Assembly (NCBI RefSeq): GCF_009834535.1
Contig: NC_045696.1
Span: forward strand, 113,152,001-113,216,000
Length of the DNA: 64,000 bases
Reading direction: 5' to 3'
Source of the DNA: Camelus ferus
Taxonomy: Eukaryota
Below the pieces are notes generated by a model. The model saw only the letters and a list, made by a program, of their open reading frames with translations, searched no databases and was not told where the DNA came from. This document shows positions 49,100 to 59,847 of this stretch, one piece after another. The number at the start of each line of letters is the position of its first letter. Position 1 is the stretch's first letter. The position numbers and the translations under genes were made by a program.

Positions 49100-50210
49100 A
49101 ATAAATTCTACAAATTTATATATGTGAAATAACTGCTATGTGTCTAACACTGTTTTAGGCACTGTAGATAGAGCAGTGAACAAAATAGAGAGGGAAAAGC
49201 CTGTCCTCGTGGCATTTACAATCTAGTAGGGGGGAAACAGACAATAAATAATGTAAAGAAAGAAATTGACAACATGTTCAAAGGTCCTGCGGCAGGAACA
49301 AGCCTGGTGTGATTCAGGTCTACTAAGAGGTCAGCTAGACTAGAGTGAACTGAGTGAGGAAGGACAGCAGGAGATAAAACAGAGGTCATCGGGACTCTGC
49401 TTTTTATCCAGAGTGTGATAGGAAACCATTGCATGGTTTGTGCAGAGGGGTGAAATGAACTGATATACAGTTCAACCAGTGGAGTCAACCAATGCATGTT
49501 TTAAGAGGATCACCTTGGGCTGCATGTTGAGACTAAAATGCTGGGGACAAGAATGAAAGCAGGAAGACTAGGCTATTGTAACGATCTAGGTGAGAGATGA
49601 CAGTAATGATCCAGGTGGGAAGAATGTTTTGATTCTGATTCAATTAGAAACATTATTTACAGTGATGAGGAAGACAGAGGATGGAACAAGTTCGTTTAAG
49701 TGTTTTAGCAGGGCATGTGGAAAGTCTGTGATCTAGTTTTGGACACATTTGGGTGGTCCTTCAAGGGTGGGCCCAGACCAGTAGCATCAGCCTCACTTAG
49801 GAGCTATTGGAAGTGCACATTCTTGGGCCCTTCTGCAAATCTCCTGATTCAGAAGCTCTGAGGTTGGGGCCCATCTAGTCCATATGTTAGTTGAGGAGTA
49901 GATGTGGTCCTGGGCATGAAGGAAATCTCTCCTGGCTGCTTCTGTTTTCTCAGGGAAATTGGAAGGACATTCGCTGAGCGTGAGGATTAGGGACAAGTTG
50001 TTGGAGGTTGGAGGAGACAGAGAAGGTCTGAAGCATTATCATTGTTATCCAGGAGAATGGGAGGGTTCGTGATGTAGGGAATACAATGCGAGCGCCTGGG
50101 AACATTAAATACCCTCTGAGGTTCACGGTCATGTGTCTACACTGAGACAGTCCATTTGATTGTGTCGTTTCTCCAGCCATGTCCAGCTGGAGTTGACAAG
50201 ATAAAAGACA
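49100..50210 (-). mobile_element. L2 fragment containing a MER5A piece (~49752-49880)
   Basis: gcagtgaacaaaatagagag...cctgtcctcgtggcatttacaatctagtaggggg; caaaggtcctgcggcaggaacaagcctgg; MER5A gaccagtagcatcagcctcacttaggagct. Confidence 0.7.
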
Positions 50211-50594
50211 AATCTGGAGGAGGAATACATGAATAAAATGACTACTATCATACACATGTGAGCTTTATAAATAAATACTGCTTTCCAGCTTAGAAACTGT
50301 ACATTTCCTAGAGACCAGCTGACCTCTTGTTCTTAAGGTCCAGTGTCCAGCCTGGAGGCCTGGCCTCTTTGCTTCTTGGTGGAGGAGACGTGTCTGCGAT
50401 CTTGCCTCCACCGCACAGTCTATGAGCCCCGAGAGCACATGTGACAAGGGACGCCTCGCTGGTCAGATGGCAAACCAGTGAGGGCAGAAGCGGGCACCTA
50501 AGGTGCCCAGAAAGAACTGTTTCTTCATTTCCTCCCCTGCCCACCATATTTTCCTACCTGGACAAAATTATCATTTAAACAAAGACTTGCCAGT

Positions 50595-50865
50595 CATGAA
50601 AGACCACATATTGTATGATTCTATGTAGGAGGAACGTCCAGAATAGGCAAATCTATAGACAGGAAATAGTGACTGATTAGCTCGGGCGGGGGCGCGGGGG
50701 TTGGGGGTAAGGAGGTAAGAAGTAAGGGATATGGAGTCTCTTTCTGAGGTGATGAAAAGGTTCCAAAAGTGACTGTGGTGCGTGTGTCTGTGAATGTCCT
50801 ATAATCCATTGGCTTGTACACTTAATATGGGTAAACTGTATGGTGGATGAATTAGATCTCAAACT
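50595..50865 (+). mobile_element. L1MB-like 3' end
   Basis: gaccacatattgtatgattc...gtccagaataggcaaatctatagacag...gtatggtggatgaattagatctcaa. Confidence 0.8.
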
Positions 50866-52552
50866 TACACACTCACACATTTAATTACTTTATCTGCTTA
50901 GATGAAAATCAAGGCCTTGTTATTGAAAATAAACCAAATCATTTAAAAATATAACTCAGTTCTTTTGCACCCATCTTTAGACAAATAGAAGAGCTTAAAC
51001 TTATAGTCTCTGATATGGAAAATAACTTCCAGGAATTAAGCTTTTGTTTCTTTAAAAAAAAAAAAAAAGGGAAAGTGAGAAAGTCCTGCTCTGGGGTGCT
51101 TTGCCGTGAAAAACTTGGACTAAAAGTCGCTGTTAATTCAGTTTTTCAAAGCTAGGTCCTCTCTGACCGATCAAAGCAGATGCTCCCAGGAGTCCTAAGG
51201 TGATAACGTTCCTCTTGCATCCAAGCGGCTGCTACAGTGAAGGACAAATTCATTTCTGTTTCCGTCCACTTCAGGGCTGAGCCCTCCCTCACAGGGTCCT
51301 TTGTTTTACTTTTGCTTTAAGCTTTTTTGCTCTAAAGCTTAGAGAAAGAACCACACTCCTTTTCCTGGCATCCTTGAAATGTGCAACGTGTCTGTTTTAA
51401 AACACCCTGGCAGGCACTTGCTTGTTGTTCCCGGTGATTTAGAGTGACTCCTTAATCATCCATCGTGGCCAATTTGTCTTTGAGTAGGAAGAGTACCCAG
51501 ACCTGTCTCCCAGTGTTGGAAATGGAATTCTGAGGTGACTGGTGGCTCAGTCGCTGGGTTTTGGTGGGCGCATTTGGACACTGAGCAGCACAGAACTCAG
51601 TGGCTACAGCAAGAAGGAAGCATCAGGGGCCAAGACAGCTTTTCAGCCAGTGGCTCTGGCAAGCCTCTTTCTTCCCCACTTCCACCTCTAAAAATAAGGG
51701 GCTGAGTCAAGAGACCTGTGGGGGTCTTTCCAACTCCAACCTCCATGACCTTCTGGGAGGTAGACAGCTAGGACCCCTGAGTCCAAACGAGCTGGTTGGA
51801 ATTCTGGTTTGTTGCTCGCTGGTAACCACAGTCTGATTCTTCAGCCTCCCTGTGCCTGTTCCTTCCCGACTCACACCTGCTGCCCAGGTCCTGCCTGTGA
51901 GTGACCGTCCCCCAGGACCAGCGATGGGGTCAAGGCCACAGGCATTCACAGCCACGACGCATCTGTACTCAACACAAAAGCCAAAGAGGTGGCCCCACAC
52001 ACACTTCCAGGCTCCTCGGGGAGCAGGGCTCGCACGTGTGAGGTTATTAACCACACGACACTGAGGACAGAGCAACAGGCCGGGAAAGGGGGAGACGACA
52101 CCGTGGAGTTTCAGGCACCAGAGTCCAGGGCCAGGACCACTGGTTGGGAGAAGACGTTCAGTGAGGCTCTCTCCTTGTTTGTTTCTGTCTTTCCTTCCTC
52201 CCCTCTGGCTCTCCCAAGTTTATTTTAGTTTTGAAACTAGGCCGCCCCAGGGGAGCTAACCGCAGGCAGATCCTTCAGCCTCTTCCTGCCTCCGAGCCTC
52301 TGAGCCTCTGAGCCTCCAAGCCACAGGGTCCTGTTGTCCCTGCAATGTCACCTCCATCTCCGGGTGCCCCTGTAAGCGCTCCCTCCTCCCCCACATCGTC
52401 TCTGGGTCTAGTCCTTCCTAACATCCTGCATCCCCCCCCCCCCGCCCTCGTAATTCATCACATGTAAACTGTGGAAAGCACTTCATTCTTCAGATCAGTT
52501 AAGAGGACTGAACATTCCCCAATAAAAGAAACTGGAATCCCACTGTTTAGAT

Positions 52553-52766
52553 CAGGGGTCAGCAAACCCCAGCCTAGGGGCCAGATCCAGCCCGCTGCCT
52601 GATTCTATAAACGTTTTACTGGGCTGTGTTCATTCCCTCATGCGTGGTCCGTGGTTGCCTTCTCACTGCATGGCCTGGCCACGTAGTTGCCAAAGAGATT
52701 ATTTGGCCCCAAAGGGCTGAAATATTTACTCTCTTGCCTTGTTTATATAAAGTTTGCCAAGCCCTG
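52553..52766. mobile_element. MER58A hAT-Charlie element
   Basis: caggggtcagcaaac...aatatttactctcttgcc...aagtttgccaagccctg; 8-bp TSD gtttagat/attcagat. Confidence 0.85.
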
Positions 52767-54074
52767 ATTCAGATGTTAAGACACCAGGTATGTTGAGGAT
52801 GTCCATATAAATGACCTATATTTCTTTTTTCCTTCAGAGATGTGTTTTTATGCAAATTTTATAGAGATCTATTTCATTGTTTTATTCAAACTAAAGGTAT
52901 TAATAGAAAAATCTTGGTAAACTGAGGGGGTCTCTCTGGGACGGTTGAGGCCATTCATGGAAGTTTACAGCTGGAAAGAGGATTTAGAGATCAACTTATG
53001 GCTGTCATGACCAATGACCTGGGGCTCCTAGCTTCCCGCCCAGGGCTTTTGCCGGCCCTGTTAAAAAGTCACTGAACAGAGCTGATTGGTGCTATTATGA
53101 ATGAAGATGACCAAGCGCCAATGGGCCATCAATATTGCCTAGTCCTACTGAGCATCTCTGTCCAATGTAATCCTCCACTTTCTGTAAAGACTGTCTTGGA
53201 CTTCTTAATCTTCCATAAACCTCTGACAGTCCCTGGTCCTCCCTTACTCTCGAACAATAACCTCACCTCGTACTTCAGAGAAAAGAAAGCCCATCACACA
53301 GGACCTCTAGTTGTCTTGACACCAAACACACGAATCCACCCACCTCTGTGCTCATCCGCCCGCCGTCCCTCCCTTCCAGTAGAAGAGTCGTCCCTTCTCC
53401 AGATGGGCTCCCCGCCCAGGAATCTTTCAGTATCAGTTCTCCTCCTCTTTCCCTCTCTCACTCATATATTACATATTTTCGTCAGTTTTTAAACATGTGC
53501 ACCTCTTCTGTTATAACGGGGGTGGCCGTCATCCACACACATCTCCTCCCCTGCACCGCTGGACTTCGAGCCCTTGTCCCTGTCTCCCGTCTTCTTCAAC
53601 CTAGCCTGTCTGGCTCCAGGTCCCCTCTCACCCACCAGATAACACTGGTTAAGGTCACTGAGGACCCTCACACTGCTGAACCCAGTGACCCCTGCCCAGA
53701 CTTCATCGTGTTTGACTCTCAGCAGCGTTAGGTACCGCTGACCACCCTTTCCTTCTCGACGTGTTACTCCTCCCTGAGACTTCATGGCACAAAACCCTCC
53801 GAGATGTTTTTGCACCTCACAGAGTCTCTTGCTAGTTTGTTTGCTGGTCAGATTCGCTGACTGCCCAGCCCCCTTTTCCCTCGTCACTTTTCAATATTAG
53901 GGTCCCGCAGATGTTGGCTGTAGGCACTCGGCTTCTTGCTGTCTTTGCAGTGTTAAGGCAATCTCATCCGTGTCAACACCCTCAGTGACCACTGACCTAC
54001 GTGCAAACACAGGCCTCCTGACTCAGCACAGATGGCCACAGTGATTCTTGAGAGACAAATCTAATCGACTCTTG

Positions 54075-54210
54075 TGTTGTTTGTTTTCTGAGGGGGAGGT
54101 AATTAGGTTTACTTCATTGATTTCCGCTTGGAGGAGGTACCGGGGATTGAACCCGGGACCTCCTGGGTGCTGAGCATGCGCTCTTACCACTTGGGCTGTA
54201 TCCTTCCCCC
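54075..54210 (-). mobile_element. tRNA-Ala-derived camelid SINE (vic-1 type), monomer
   Basis: Reverse complement gggaaggatacagcccaagtggtaagagcgcatgctcagcacccaggaggtcccgggttcaatccccggtacc resembles tRNA-Ala(AGC); TSD atctaatcga(c/t)tcttg 54059-54074 / 54211-54226. Confidence 0.9.
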
Positions 54211-54384
54211 ATCTAATCGATTCTTGAAAGGCAAATCCAATCTTTCCCACTTCCTTCACTTAAGATATTTCAACCTATTTCGACTTAGGATAAATATAAA
54301 ATCCTGTCTAAGGCCTGAAAGATGCTGCCTGGCCCAGCTTCCACTTGCCTCCCAACCCTGTCTCATCCTGTGCTCCCTACCCTC

Positions 54385-54815
54385 TGTCAACCAAAAAAAA
54401 AAAACAAAAAACAAAAAAAAATTGCAGGAGGCTGCAAATAAGAAAAAAGAGTTTATTTGGGGGTCTTAAAATTGCAATTAAAGAGACACAGATTCGGGTA
54501 AAACCAGAAGAGCATTCCAGGGAAGGGAAAGAGGCAAGGACTTACAAAGGACTTACAACCACGAGGCTCATTCTGCCGCAGGAACGGAAGTATTTGTCCT
54601 TACGGGACGGCTGTCACAAGCTGTGTTAGAGTCAGGGCCCCATAAGAATCTAGATTTTCTGGCAGATGTTCTAGATGTGTTTCATCCATAGTCAGAACGT
54701 CAGATTCCCTCCAGGCTGGGATGTGCTTAAGTCCCACGTCCTCAGTGGCCTCCCGACTCCATCTCAGGGCGCTCTCTCAGCCACCCTGACTCCAGAGTGA
54801 TTCGCTCTCCCCCCA
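54385..54815 (-). mobile_element. Endogenous retrovirus solo LTR (ERV1/MER4-group-like)
   Basis: TG...CA ends, flanking ccctc duplication (54380-54384 / 54816-54820), minus-strand end ...aataaactc...ttttggttgaca; interrupts L2. Confidence 0.65.
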
Positions 54816-56029
54816 CCCTCCTCTGCGGGCACCAGCCTTTATCACACCGTAGCCATTTTCACTCCTGATAGAGCCTGGGCACATCCTGTCCCGAGTTTTG
54901 GGGGTGTCTTTCTCTCCAATTCCAGCTGGGCAGCACCTACTCATTTTTTGATCTCATCCCAGTGGGCGCTTCTTGGAATCTCGTCCCACTCACCATGTCT
55001 AAGACTTGCGTAAGTCAAATCCTGCATTTCAGTCCTTCCCTTATGTTACATGACATGGCATAGCTGGAGTTTGACATTGAATTAATAATAGAACAGCTAT
55101 AATTTTACGTTGAATTGCAGAGTTAGCTTGATTAATATCTGTTCTCTGTCAAAAGACAGTAAGCACCACAAGGACAGATACTCCAAATTGTTTTGTGCAA
55201 TCCTGTGTGCCTGGCATCGTGGATGATTAATAGTACTTGCTCAATAAATATTTCATGAAAGAAACGGACAGAGGGAGAGAGGAGGAGGGAAGAAGGGTGA
55301 ACGGACAGATGGACCATTATGACATGTTCGTTCTAAGACAAGTGCTTTTGCAGAGGCACTAGACAGATGGGATGAACGTTGTGCAAATTCTCCCTTAATT
55401 AAGAGCAAGGAAAACATAAGCGTTTGACAATGACAGTCGTTGAAGTCGAGACTTCAGACATCTCCAGGCTGTTTTTAACACTGTTCCCAGGGACACTCTA
55501 TTTTTATGGGAATGTAGCAGGAGTACCAAGTGCAGCGTGTGTGTCTTAACAACCACAAAGAGTTCTCAGATGCAAACTTGTGGCTTCTGATTCATCCAGG
55601 TTGTTAGGGAGGAAAATCCAAGCTGTCACAGGCTTCTAAAAAGCTCTGCATTCTTCCTCACTGTGATTCTACATGACTAATGTCATCAAACGACCACAGA
55701 AACTAAGCCATGGGTCACAGGAACGTACAAATGTTGTTGTGCTGGTTGTGTTTGGCACAAAGCCTTTGTTTGGGTGGATATGTATTTGCATGCTGAGGAT
55801 CCCGGGAATGAACTGCCTTCAGTCCTGTCCAAGGAGTCAAGCCCTTATTCAAAAACAAAAGAAAACAGAAACTCAGCACGCTGTTGCAGTCAGCTGACTC
55901 CAAAGTACTGAGCCTTTTACTAAATGCCTATGAAACTGGGACACTTGGGTTGACTCCTACAGATTTAAGTACATCCTTTTCAATAGGTATTGGAGAAGGA
56001 AAAGAAGAAAACATTTTTATTTTAGTGGC

Positions 56030-56410
56030 ACTGCCCTTGCTCTAAATATTTGCTACTCCTCTTTGGGACTGCCTTCAAAGCCAAGAGACTATTATTAAAC
56101 ACATCCTTGGGCTTTTGAGTGTAAATATGATTTTTTTGAAAACCCAATGTTATGAAGAATCAAATCTGGTGAATAAAATCAGGCATCAAGCTGAGTAATA
56201 ACATTTGGTCCAAACAAGATTTAAGTCCAAAATGATACAGGTTTTCTTATGTGGTGAGAATTTAAAAAAAAATAAAAACCTCTAAAGAGCCAACTGGTTT
56301 TCAGTGAGGAGTTCCAGAAATGTTTCAAGAAACGAAAACCATGCATATTTTCATCAGATGACAGGGCTTACAAGTTTGATGTGTTTGTTTTAAAAGTCAA
56401 TCTCTTTTCT
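56030..56410 (+). mobile_element. MARNA (mariner-derived) fragment
   Basis: ctttgggactgccttcaaagcc...aaatctggtgaataaa...atcaagctgagtaataac...gaggagttccagaaatgttt. Confidence 0.7.
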
Positions 56411-56419
56411 TTAGAGATT

Positions 56420-56640
56420 TGCGCTGGCTCTCCCGGGGGCCAGCCTTGGCCAGCAAGATGTGTTTTATTTGGATATCGTGGCGGTTTATTTAAAAATTGA
56501 GTCAAGATTTTAGAATCAGGAGATTTCCAGTACAAATTTGGATTTGTGGTGTCCTCTGAAGCTCTGGCAAAACTGAAAGGTCTGGGAAAACTGCTCCCAC
56601 AACTCTACATGAGAATCCCCTTCTGGAGGGAAGTCGTGCC
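56420..56640. mobile_element. MER102-like hAT-Charlie fragment
   Basis: aggagatttccagtacaaatttggatttgtgg...ctctggcaaaactg. Confidence 0.45.
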
Positions 56641-56759
56641 ACCTCCTTTATAAAGGTGCCTGTTATCACCCTCCGATCCCACCCTCACTGCCATGATCAC
56701 CTGCCTGATTTCACTATTTATGACTCACCTCCCACCCCCTTGGCTGTCTTTTGCTCTAT

Positions 56760-56902
56760 GTGACATTTGCTTAATTGCCTGTGCACCTCTCTAGATCAAA
56801 AGTCACCAGGGCAGGGATTTTTTTCCCGTGTTTGTACACAGCTCTGTCCCCAGTGCCTGACGCATGGCTGGCACCAACGTATATCTGTTGAATGAATGAA
56901 TG
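56760..56902 (+). mobile_element. L2 3' end
   Basis: cagggcagggattttt...tgtccccagtgcctg...tctgttgaatgaatgaatg. Confidence 0.75.
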
Positions 56903-57149
56903 TGTACCCCCTGTGGGCTGTTGAGGCTACAGCCCTTCCTCAAGTCCTACTCAGACAAGATGACCGATGTGTACCTTTCTATATAGATCCAGCACGTTTT
57001 AGAGCATGTGTGCTTTTCATTCTCTTTTTTGTATGATTTATTTTCTGCCACTATCACATTATTGCATTTGGTCTTCAATTTTGTAAAGTCTGAATTTTCC
57101 CTCAAATTTTTCCACCTTTGTGTTATAGTCACTTGTACTCATTTTATCC

Positions 57150-58864
57150 TTTTGAACAGATTACTAAACTCTGTACATGGTTCAGGATTCAAAATGCATT
57201 GAAAAGTCTGCAGTCAGTTCATCCGGTTTCCTCCCCATAGACTAGCAATGTTGTTCGTTTCTTGTGTGTCCGTCCATAGACATTCTTTGCATGCACTTTC
57301 ATATGTTCTGCTTTCCCTTTGTATTCACAGATGATTTATACCATATACACTGTTATACACTGTTTTTCTCATGTAACAATATTTCCTAACGTTTATTCCA
57401 TATCAACTCATAAGGAGTTTTGTCATTCTTCTTTCACATTCATAAAGCACTCCACTGGGTGATAATCAGATGGTCTGTTACCTTGGCCCTATTAATGGAC
57501 ACTTAGACGTTATATATCTCCTTTTAGAGATGTTCAAGATATGGATTTTACAGCTGCTTGGGAAGTGAGATTGTGGGTACTTTCTATATTTTGTGCTATA
57601 GTTAGAAAGTCTTCTCTACGTTGAAGGATTCTCCCATTGTTTCTTCTAAGACTTTGATTTGTTACATTTAAATCTTTCATCTACTTAATTAACCAATTTA
57701 TCTTATAAAGTTATGGATTCAACTTTGGCTTTTCTTTAGATGGTTTACTGGTTGTCCCATCTCCATGAATTGAATAATCCAGCTCTACCATATTCTCAAT
57801 TTCCATATATATTGGGGTCTGCTTCTGAACTTCTGTGCTGTCCCATTGATCTGTATCTGTTCATGCACCAATACTGCCTTGTTTTCAATATTAAGGGATT
57901 GGACTACATTTTACTATCTAATAGGATTAATTTCTTCTCACTACTCTTTTTTCAAAATTTTCCATACATTTACTATTATGTTAAGATAATATTCATATAG
58001 AGTTCCTTCCCTGTGGGTTTTTAAGTCATCGAGAACAAAGAGTGAATGTTATCACATGCCATTTCAGCATCCTTCACAATCAGATACATTTCACTCAGTG
58101 CACTTGTTACCATGATGAGCAATTTTCGTGTTGCTCATATTGAGCCATCCTTGCTTTCCTGGAAATACTCCATTTTGTCTGAAATGTTGATCTTTTAATT
58201 GTTCTCAAGAGTTTTTTGATATTTTATTTAAGATTTTGACATAAATATAGTCAAATGATCTGGGCTGGTTTGTTTTTATGCTGTCTTTTTCATATTTTTA
58301 TTTCATAATTACACCGGTTTCACAAAAATCTTTGGGATTGTTTCTTCTCTCTTTGTGCTATCAAAAAGTTTAAATAGCATTTTTTTAATCTATTAAATAA
58401 CCCGTACAGGAAATCATTTGGATTTCATACTTTCAAAGAAGGAATAGGGGAATTCCTTGATGGTGTTTATTTTCCCCATGATTATTACTGTATATGGATT
58501 TGTCTTTTATTTGTTTTGCTATTTTGTATTTCAATAAAATCAATTAATTAAATTTTTATTTATTTGCACAAAGTTATTCCTCTATTATCATTGCTCTAAT
58601 TCTCAGCATCTGTAACTAATTTCCCTTTCTATTCCTAATTACATGAACTTTTTAGATTTTTTTTCTTAATTAAGTTAGCTGGTAATTCATCTATATATTG
58701 TTTTGTTTTTGTTTTGTTTTTCCTAAAGAATCAGCTTTTGGATATCTTTCATTCTTGTTATGTTTTTTAATTCTATAAGCTTTCTGATGTTATTAATTCT
58801 TCTCTCAGCATTTCTTTGTGTTTTTTCTCTAACATATCTAATGTCAAATGCATAGTGCATTTGA
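57150..58864 (-). mobile_element. Ancient L1ME-like element (continues at ~63184-63480 beyond the inserted L1MA)
   Basis: tacatggttcaggattcaaaa 3' motif; ccattgatctgtatctgttcatgcaccaatactgc; ttgagccatccttgctttcctggaaata. Confidence 0.65.
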
Positions 58865-59107
58865 ATTTTTTCCAGCTTTATTGGTATGATTTACAAATAA
58901 AAATTCTATATACTTAGATTTACAATATGATTTTTAAGCATACAATGTGATGATTTAATATATGTATACATCATGAAATGATTACCACAATCAAGGTAAT
59001 GAACACATCCATCACCTTACATAGTTAACATTTGTGTGTGTGTGTGTGGCAAGAACACTTAAGATCTACTCTCTTAGCAAATTTTAAGTATATAACATAG
59101 CATTCTT

Positions 59108-59385
59108 TTTTTTTTAATTTTGGGGGGGAAGTAATTAGGTTTTATTTATTTTTTTTATTTAAATGTAGGTCCTGGGGATTGAACCTAGGACCTCCTGCAT
59201 GCTAACTATGCACTCTACCACTGAGCTCTACCCTCCCCTCTTATTTTTTTTTTATGGGGCAGTTAATTATGTTTACCTATTTAGTTTTTTTTTTTTTTCT
59301 CTTGGAGGAGATATTGGGTATTGGACCCAGGACCTTGTGTATGCTAAGCATGCACTCTACCACTTGAACTATATCCTCCCCACTC
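59108..59385 (-). mobile_element. Tandem pair of vic-1-type SINEs inside L1MA
   Basis: Two ggggattgaacctagg/ggacccaggacc units; single TSD aacatag(c/t)attctt 59094-59107 / 59386-59399. Confidence 0.85.
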
Positions 59386-59646
59386 AACATAGTATTCTTA
59401 ACTAGAGTCACCATGCTGTACGTTAGACCTCCAGAACTTATTCATCTTATAACTGAAAATGTGTACATGTTGACCAGCATTTCCCCATTTCCCCCACATC
59501 CGTCCCTAGGCAACCACCGTTCTAGTCTCTAATTCTCTGAGTTTGACATGTTTAGAGTCCACGTGTAAGTCTTTCTGTGTCTGGTTTTATTCACTTAGCA
59601 TAGTATCTTCCAGGTATTATACATGTTGTCACAAATGTCAGGATTT

Positions 59647-59847
59647 GTTTCCTGTTTGGTTTTTTTTGGTTTGTTTTTTGTTTTTTCAAGCCATAGCTTC
59701 TTTTTTTTAATTGAAGTATAGTCAGTTTACAATGTTGTGTTAATTTCTGGTGTACAGCATAGTGATTCAGTTACACATATATATATATTCTTTTTCATTA
59801 TAAGCTATTATGAGATATTAAATATAGTTCCCTGTGCCATACAGTAG
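59647..59847 (-). mobile_element. Young L1 3' tip inserted in L1MA
   Basis: aattgaagtatagtcagtttacaatgttgtg...aatatagttccctgtgccatacagtag; aggattt duplicated at 59640-59646 / 59848-59854. Confidence 0.8.

Larger units (their letters stand above)
53100..55260 (+). mobile_element. Decayed L2, interrupted by a SINE and an LTR
   Basis: cctcgtacttcagagaaaa, ggttaaggtcactgaggacc, tttgactctcagcagcgtt motifs; 3' end tagtacttgctcaataaatatt. Confidence 0.6.

Noticed and set aside
52288..52322. 8-bp unit tandem (gcctctga) x4
   Set aside because: Ordinary short slippage repeat with no spacers; not CRISPR-like.
54130..54210. tRNA-Ala-like sequence
   Set aside because: Followed by SINE body and A-tail and flanked by a TSD, with a broken cloverleaf; a SINE, not a tRNA gene.
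51500..54800. Relatively GC/CpG-rich zone as a possible CpG island or promoter
   Set aside because: CpGs are scattered and largely within old repeats; no dense island visible.
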